NCBI RefSeq assembly: GCF_000186885.1
Contig: NC_014972.1
Span: forward strand, 3,150,001 to 3,182,000
DNA: 32,000 nucleotides
From: Desulfobulbus propionicus DSM 2032
Lineage (GTDB): Bacteria > Desulfobacterota > Desulfobulbia > Desulfobulbales > Desulfobulbaceae
Direction: 5' to 3'
The notes beneath the pieces are model-generated. The model made no database searches, was not told the DNA's origin, and saw only the letters and a program-made list of their open reading frames with translations. Below, in pieces: positions 26,585 to 32,000 of this stretch. How positions within the stretch are numbered: position 1 is the stretch's first letter; the number at the start of each line of letters is the position of its first letter. Made by a program: the position numbers and the translations under genes.

Positions 26585-28882
26585 TTACCGTGGCCGCATG
26601 CCCAGCAGCACCTTCTCGGCGGTGATCGGCAGATGCCGGCAGCGGACACCGGTGGCATTGGCGATGGCGTGAGCGATGGCCGGCGCCGGCGGGTTGCAGC
26701 CGATCTCGCCGATGGACTTGGCGCCGAAAGGACCGGTGGGCTCGAAACTCTCGATGCATTCGACCCGCAGGCCCTGGATATCCAGCCGGCTGGGAATCTT
26801 GTAGTCCAAAAACGAGTCAGTTGCCAGCCGCCCTTGGGCAGTATGGCGCACCTCCTCGAACAGCGCCAGGCCAATCCCCATGGCCGCCCCGCCCTCCACC
26901 TGGATGCGAGCCAGGTTACGGTTGAGCACCGTGCCGCAGTCCGCCACAGCCACATAGTCCAGCAGTTGGACCTCGCCGGTCTGCAGATCCACCTCCACCT
27001 CGGCAAACCCGGCAACAAAGGGCGGCGGCGAGGTCTGGCCGCCGTAGGTTCCCTTGGCCACCAGCTGGTCCTGGCCGGAGAACGAGGCCAGGGTGCGCGC
27101 CAGCTCGGCCAAGGTGAGGGTCTGGCCGGCGGCCATGGAAAAGATGCCGGCCGCATAGCCGACCGCCTCTGCGTCAACCCCGAACAGGCGGGCGACAGCA
27201 GCCCGCATCTGGCGGCGCATATCGTCTGCCGCGATCAGGGTCGCTCTGCCGGTGACATGCGTGCAGCTGGAGGCATAGGCCCCGCAATCGTACGGCAGGG
27301 TGTCGAGATCAAAGCTGCAGACCACGATCTGTTCCATGCCCACCTCCAGCCGTTCGGCAGCGATCTGACAGAGCACGGTGTCCGAGCCCTGGCCAATATC
27401 CGCGGCGGCGTGGCTGAGGGTGAAGAAGCCGTCTTCGTTGAGTTTCAGGATGACCGAACCGGTGTCGACTCCGGCAATGCCCGAACCCTGCATGGTCACG
27501 GCCATGCCATAGCCGCGCACCCGGCTGCCGTCGATCCGCACCCGGGGATACTTGCCGGCCCAGCCGATCAGTTCCCTGCCGCGCTCAATACACTGGTGCA
27601 GTCGACTGCTGCGCAGCACCGCGGGCGCGCCGGGTGTTGAGCCCGAGAGTTGCGGATGGGACTGGCTCTCGGCAATGAGGTTTTTCAGCCGCAGCTCGGC
27701 CGGGTCCATGGCCAGGGTGTCGGCCAACTCATTGATGGCCGATTCCAGGGCGAAGGTGCCCTGAGGCGCGCCATAGCCGCGCAGGGCTCCGGCCGGCATC
27801 TTGTTGGTGTAGACGACGTGACCATGGTAGCGGCAGGCCCGGGCCTTGCTGTACAGCGGCAGGGTCTTCTGGGCGACGGCCGCAAACACGGTGAAGGCAT
27901 GCTCGCCGTAGGCGCCGGTATCGGAGAGGCAGTGGATGTCCACGGCTCGGAGGTTGCCTTGCCGGTCGGCGCCCAGGCGCACGGTCAGACGCATGGCATG
28001 GCGACTGGTGGTGCAACCGAAAGTCTCCTCGCGGCTGTAGACGATCCGGGCCGGCTGGCCGGTCTTGAGGGTGACCAGGGCCGGATACATCTCCACCGAG
28101 GCGGTCTGCTTGCCGCCGAATCCGCCGCCCACCCGGGGCTTGAGCACCTTGATCCGGCTGGCCGGCAGGCCGAGCGCACGGGCAAGATGGCGCCGGACAT
28201 GAAAGGGGATCTGGGTGGAACTCATCACCTGCAGCCGGCCGTGGACATCCAGGCAGGTGGTGGCCCGGTGGGTCTCCATCATGGCGTGCGCCTGGGCCTG
28301 GGTGGTGTAGGTCCGCTCGATCACCACCTCGCTCCCGGCCAGTTCGGCCTCGACATCGCCCAGGCCGGTGGCATAGCTGGCGGCGATGTTGCGGGCAGCA
28401 TCGGTACCGATATGCCCATGGGTGAAGGGCTGATGGTCGTGCACCCGGTGCTCGTTATCGATCGCCGTTTCTGGATCGAGCACCGGCTCCAGTACTTCGT
28501 AGTCCACCTGGATTTGCTCCAGGGCCCGGAGCGCAGTCGCCTCGTTCACAGCAGCAACAATGGCCACGGCATCGCCCACATACCGCACCCACTCATCGAG
28601 GATGCGGCGGTCATAGGGCGAGGGTTCGGGAAAGGATTGGCCGGCCAGGGTGAAGCGGGTTTCGGGTACGTCCTTGTGGGTGAGCACGCAGGCCACCCCG
28701 GGCAGGGTCAGGGCTGCAGCGGCGTCGATGGCCAGGATGCGGGCCGAGGCGTGCGGGCTGTGCAGAATCTTGACGATCAGTGCCTGGTTGTTGCCATCGA
28801 GGTCGCTGGTGTAGACCGGCTTGCCGGTGACCATCGCCATGCCGTCGAGTTTGGGAACCGCTGTGCCGATGATGCGCATCAT
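26585..28882 (-). CDS. xanthine dehydrogenase-family molybdopterin-binding large subunit (CoxL-type position)
   Basis: I chose the ATG at 28882 (MMRIIGTAVPKLDG...), which gives an ATGA stop/start overlap with the 2Fe-2S subunit gene. The track ORF to 29194 would run through that gene. Motifs VGGGFGGKQ and LRGYGAPQG are present. Product is 765 aa. Confidence 0.93.
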   Translation of the reverse strand: MMRIIGTAVPKLDGMAMVTGKPVYTSDLDGNNQALIVKILHSPHASARILAIDAAAALTLPGVACVLTHKDVPETRFTLAGQSFPEPSPYDRRILDEWVRYVGDAVAIVAAVNEATALRALEQIQVDYEVLEPVLDPETAIDNEHRVHDHQPFTHGHIGTDAARNIAASYATGLGDVEAELAGSEVVIERTYTTQAQAHAMMETHRATTCLDVHGRLQVMSSTQIPFHVRRHLARALGLPASRIKVLKPRVGGGFGGKQTASVEMYPALVTLKTGQPARIVYSREETFGCTTSRHAMRLTVRLGADRQGNLRAVDIHCLSDTGAYGEHAFTVFAAVAQKTLPLYSKARACRYHGHVVYTNKMPAGALRGYGAPQGTFALESAINELADTLAMDPAELRLKNLIAESQSHPQLSGSTPGAPAVLRSSRLHQCIERGRELIGWAGKYPRVRIDGSRVRGYGMAVTMQGSGIAGVDTGSVILKLNEDGFFTLSHAAADIGQGSDTVLCQIAAERLEVGMEQIVVCSFDLDTLPYDCGAYASSCTHVTGRATLIAADDMRRQMRAAVARLFGVDAEAVGYAAGIFSMAAGQTLTLAELARTLASFSGQDQLVAKGTYGGQTSPPPFVAGFAEVEVDLQTGEVQLLDYVAVADCGTVLNRNLARIQVEGGAAMGIGLALFEEVRHTAQGRLATDSFLDYKIPSRLDIQGLRVECIESFEPTGPFGAKSIGEIGCNPPAPAIAHAIANATGVRCRHLPITAEKVLLGMRPR

Positions 28883-29328
28883 TCCCCCTCCAAAAAATGC
28901 TTGATGGCCCGCAGCTGTCCCTGGTAGCCGGAGCAGCGGCAGAGGTTGCCGGCCAGGTAGTGGTTGATGGCCTCCTCGGTCGGGTGGATTAGCTCGCGCT
29001 TCATGGCGAGCACGGTCATGGTCAGGCCGGGAGCGCAGAAGCCACACTGCTCCGCCCCTTGAGCCACCAGGCAACGGGCAAACTGTTCCGCCTCGTCTTG
29101 GACCCCTTCGAGGGTGGTGATCTCCCGGTTGCCGGTGCGCGCGGTCAGGGTGCAGCAGGCGAGCACCGGCCGGCCGTCGATCCAGACGGTGCACAGGCCG
29201 CAGGAGCCGGTGTCGCAGCCTTGCTTGACGCTGAGATAGCCGTAGCGGCGCAGAGTCTCCGCCAAAAACTCGCCAGGGGGAAAATCAAGGGTCACCACAC
29301 GACCGTTGATCCATGTTTCAAGCTGCAT
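28879..29328 (-). CDS. (2Fe-2S)-binding small subunit of the XDH-family enzyme
   Basis: 149 aa. It has both [2Fe-2S] cysteine clusters (CDTGSCGLCTV ... C, and CGFCAPG ... CRCSGY). Confidence 0.93.
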   Translation of the reverse strand: MQLETWINGRVVTLDFPPGEFLAETLRRYGYLSVKQGCDTGSCGLCTVWIDGRPVLACCTLTARTGNREITTLEGVQDEAEQFARCLVAQGAEQCGFCAPGLTMTVLAMKRELIHPTEEAINHYLAGNLCRCSGYQGQLRAIKHFLEGE

Positions 29329-30115
29329 GCAGCACCTCCGTCAACGCCCGTTCGACAAGCACCGGACAGATGGCCCGCCGATAGGCACCGCTGGCCCGGG
29401 CGTTGTCGCCAAAGGCGAGCTCTTCGGCAACCAGCCGCCCGGCCTCGATCGCCGTCCTGCGATCCAGGCCATGCTGGTTGAGAGAGGCCTCGGCCAGGAC
29501 TGCGCGCATGGCCCGCCCCGGGCGACTGCCGACCACCAGGCGAAAGCCGTCCGCGCATCGGGCCACGGCAACATTGAGCACGGCAAAATCGGTGGCCGAT
29601 CGACGCACACTGGCAAAGGCAGCCAGCCGGCCGTCCCGGGGGAGCATGATTTTCTCGACGATGTCCGGCGCGCCCCTGGCGGCAAGATACTCGGACAAGG
29701 CGACCGGCCCCTGATGATGCAACTGCACCGTGGCATCCAGGGCCACCAGGGCGGTGAGCGGGTCGGAGAAGGGATAGCGACCGGCCACGGTGCCGCCAAT
29801 GGTGACGCAACCACGCAGCTGCACCCCGACGATCGCCCTCAGTGCCCGGGGCAGCACTCCGCCCCACAGGCTGCCGGTGAGCGGATGGGTCTCGATGGTC
29901 CGCAGCGTGGTCATGGCCCCGATCTCGACCGTGCCGGCGGACTCGGCAATGCCCTCAAGAGGGAGTTGCGACAGATCGATGGCCGTGCGGATCCTGCGCC
30001 TTCCCAGACGCAGATAGCCGCAGCCGCCGAGCACCACACTGCCAGGCACCGAGGTCAGAGTGTCATACGCCTCGGCAAGACTGGAAGCGCGGAGATAGTT
30101 GTCGATGCGCAGCAT
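29318..30115 (-). CDS. FAD-binding medium subunit (CoxM-like) of the XDH-family enzyme
   Basis: 265 aa. It is the first gene of a three-gene set with 11-bp and 4-bp overlaps. It has molybdopterin-dehydrogenase FAD-binding-like segments (VLGGCGYLRLG, VEIGAMTTLRTIE) and a CO-dehydrogenase-flavoprotein C-terminal-like tail (GAYRRAI). Confidence 0.88.
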   Translation of the reverse strand: MLRIDNYLRASSLAEAYDTLTSVPGSVVLGGCGYLRLGRRRIRTAIDLSQLPLEGIAESAGTVEIGAMTTLRTIETHPLTGSLWGGVLPRALRAIVGVQLRGCVTIGGTVAGRYPFSDPLTALVALDATVQLHHQGPVALSEYLAARGAPDIVEKIMLPRDGRLAAFASVRRSATDFAVLNVAVARCADGFRLVVGSRPGRAMRAVLAEASLNQHGLDRRTAIEAGRLVAEELAFGDNARASGAYRRAICPVLVERALTEVLHAA

Positions 30116-30355
30116 AGGCGTGTACTCCCCTGTGATGGAGGTTGGCTCAGGTCAGGCCATTGGCGTGCAGCAACCTGTGTTCCCTCAGCAATGTCCGCAG
30201 CAGTCGGGTCAGAACCGGCCAGGGCTCACCAGGAGCCTAGAGTATAAAATTTTCGCCCGTAATGTGCAGCAACGATCATCAAGAAGCGAACCACCCGCAC
30301 ATTTTGCTCCGAACAGCCGAAGGTTCCATGCTCCATCACGCTTCGCCCCTCACCC

Positions 30356-31996
<1,641 letters not shown>

Positions 31997-32000
31997 GGAA

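Noticed and set aside
30116-30355. Possible Moco riboswitch or anti-SD switch in the 240-bp leader of the molybdoenzyme operon. The minus strand has a TATACT -10-like hexamer, and the RNA contains UGGCCUGA, AACCUCC and GGGGAG upstream of the AUG.
   Set aside because: I could not align the leader to the core of the E. coli moaA Moco element as I remember it (P1 GAUACGG/CCGUAUC, the GGUG...CACC helix and the internal hairpins). The CCUCC/GGGGAG pairing gives only about 4 Watson-Crick pairs. A cmsearch with Rfam RF01055 would settle it; a significant hit would overturn this rejection.

Overview
GC-rich (about 60-65% by eye) bacterial chromosomal segment. The gene content resembles Desulfobacterota/Deltaproteobacteria, but I cannot verify that without a search. 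I can support 19 protein-coding genes. From left to right they are: a peroxide-stress cluster on the minus strand (ADP-ribosylglycohydrolase-family gene, Fur/PerR-like regulator, tpx); a 444-aa hypothetical protein with EF-hand/dockerin-like Ca-binding loops; a complete recC-recB-recD operon with overlapping genes; a hybrid sensor histidine kinase; a PfkB sugar kinase; an orphan DUF2971 gene; an iron-type (group III) alcohol dehydrogenase; an SBP-PAS-GGDEF-EAL protein; a dCache methyl-accepting chemotaxis protein; a thioredoxin-fold(CPHC)/DsbD-core membrane fusion; a CoxM/S/L-ordered xanthine-dehydrogenase-family molybdoenzyme operon; and an ABC-F ATPase. I saw no tRNA/rRNA, CRISPR array, transposase, integrase or phage genes, and no obvious compositional island. 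I do NOT see a convincing self-contained novel multi-gene system. The window reads as core chromosome (repair, redox stress, signalling, molybdoenzyme). The leads most worth a second look are: (1) the orphan DUF2971 gene wedged between a PfkB kinase and an Fe-ADH; (2) the uncharacterised Ca-binding-loop protein; (3) a 640-bp lower-GC intergenic region (24592-25233) with three perfect palindromes and an orphan terminator-like hairpin; (4) terminator-like hairpins at 22283-22416 oriented opposite to both flanking genes; (5) the Fur-box/palindrome architecture in front of tpx. The many long alternative-frame ORFs in the track are codon-aligned antisense artefacts of high GC.
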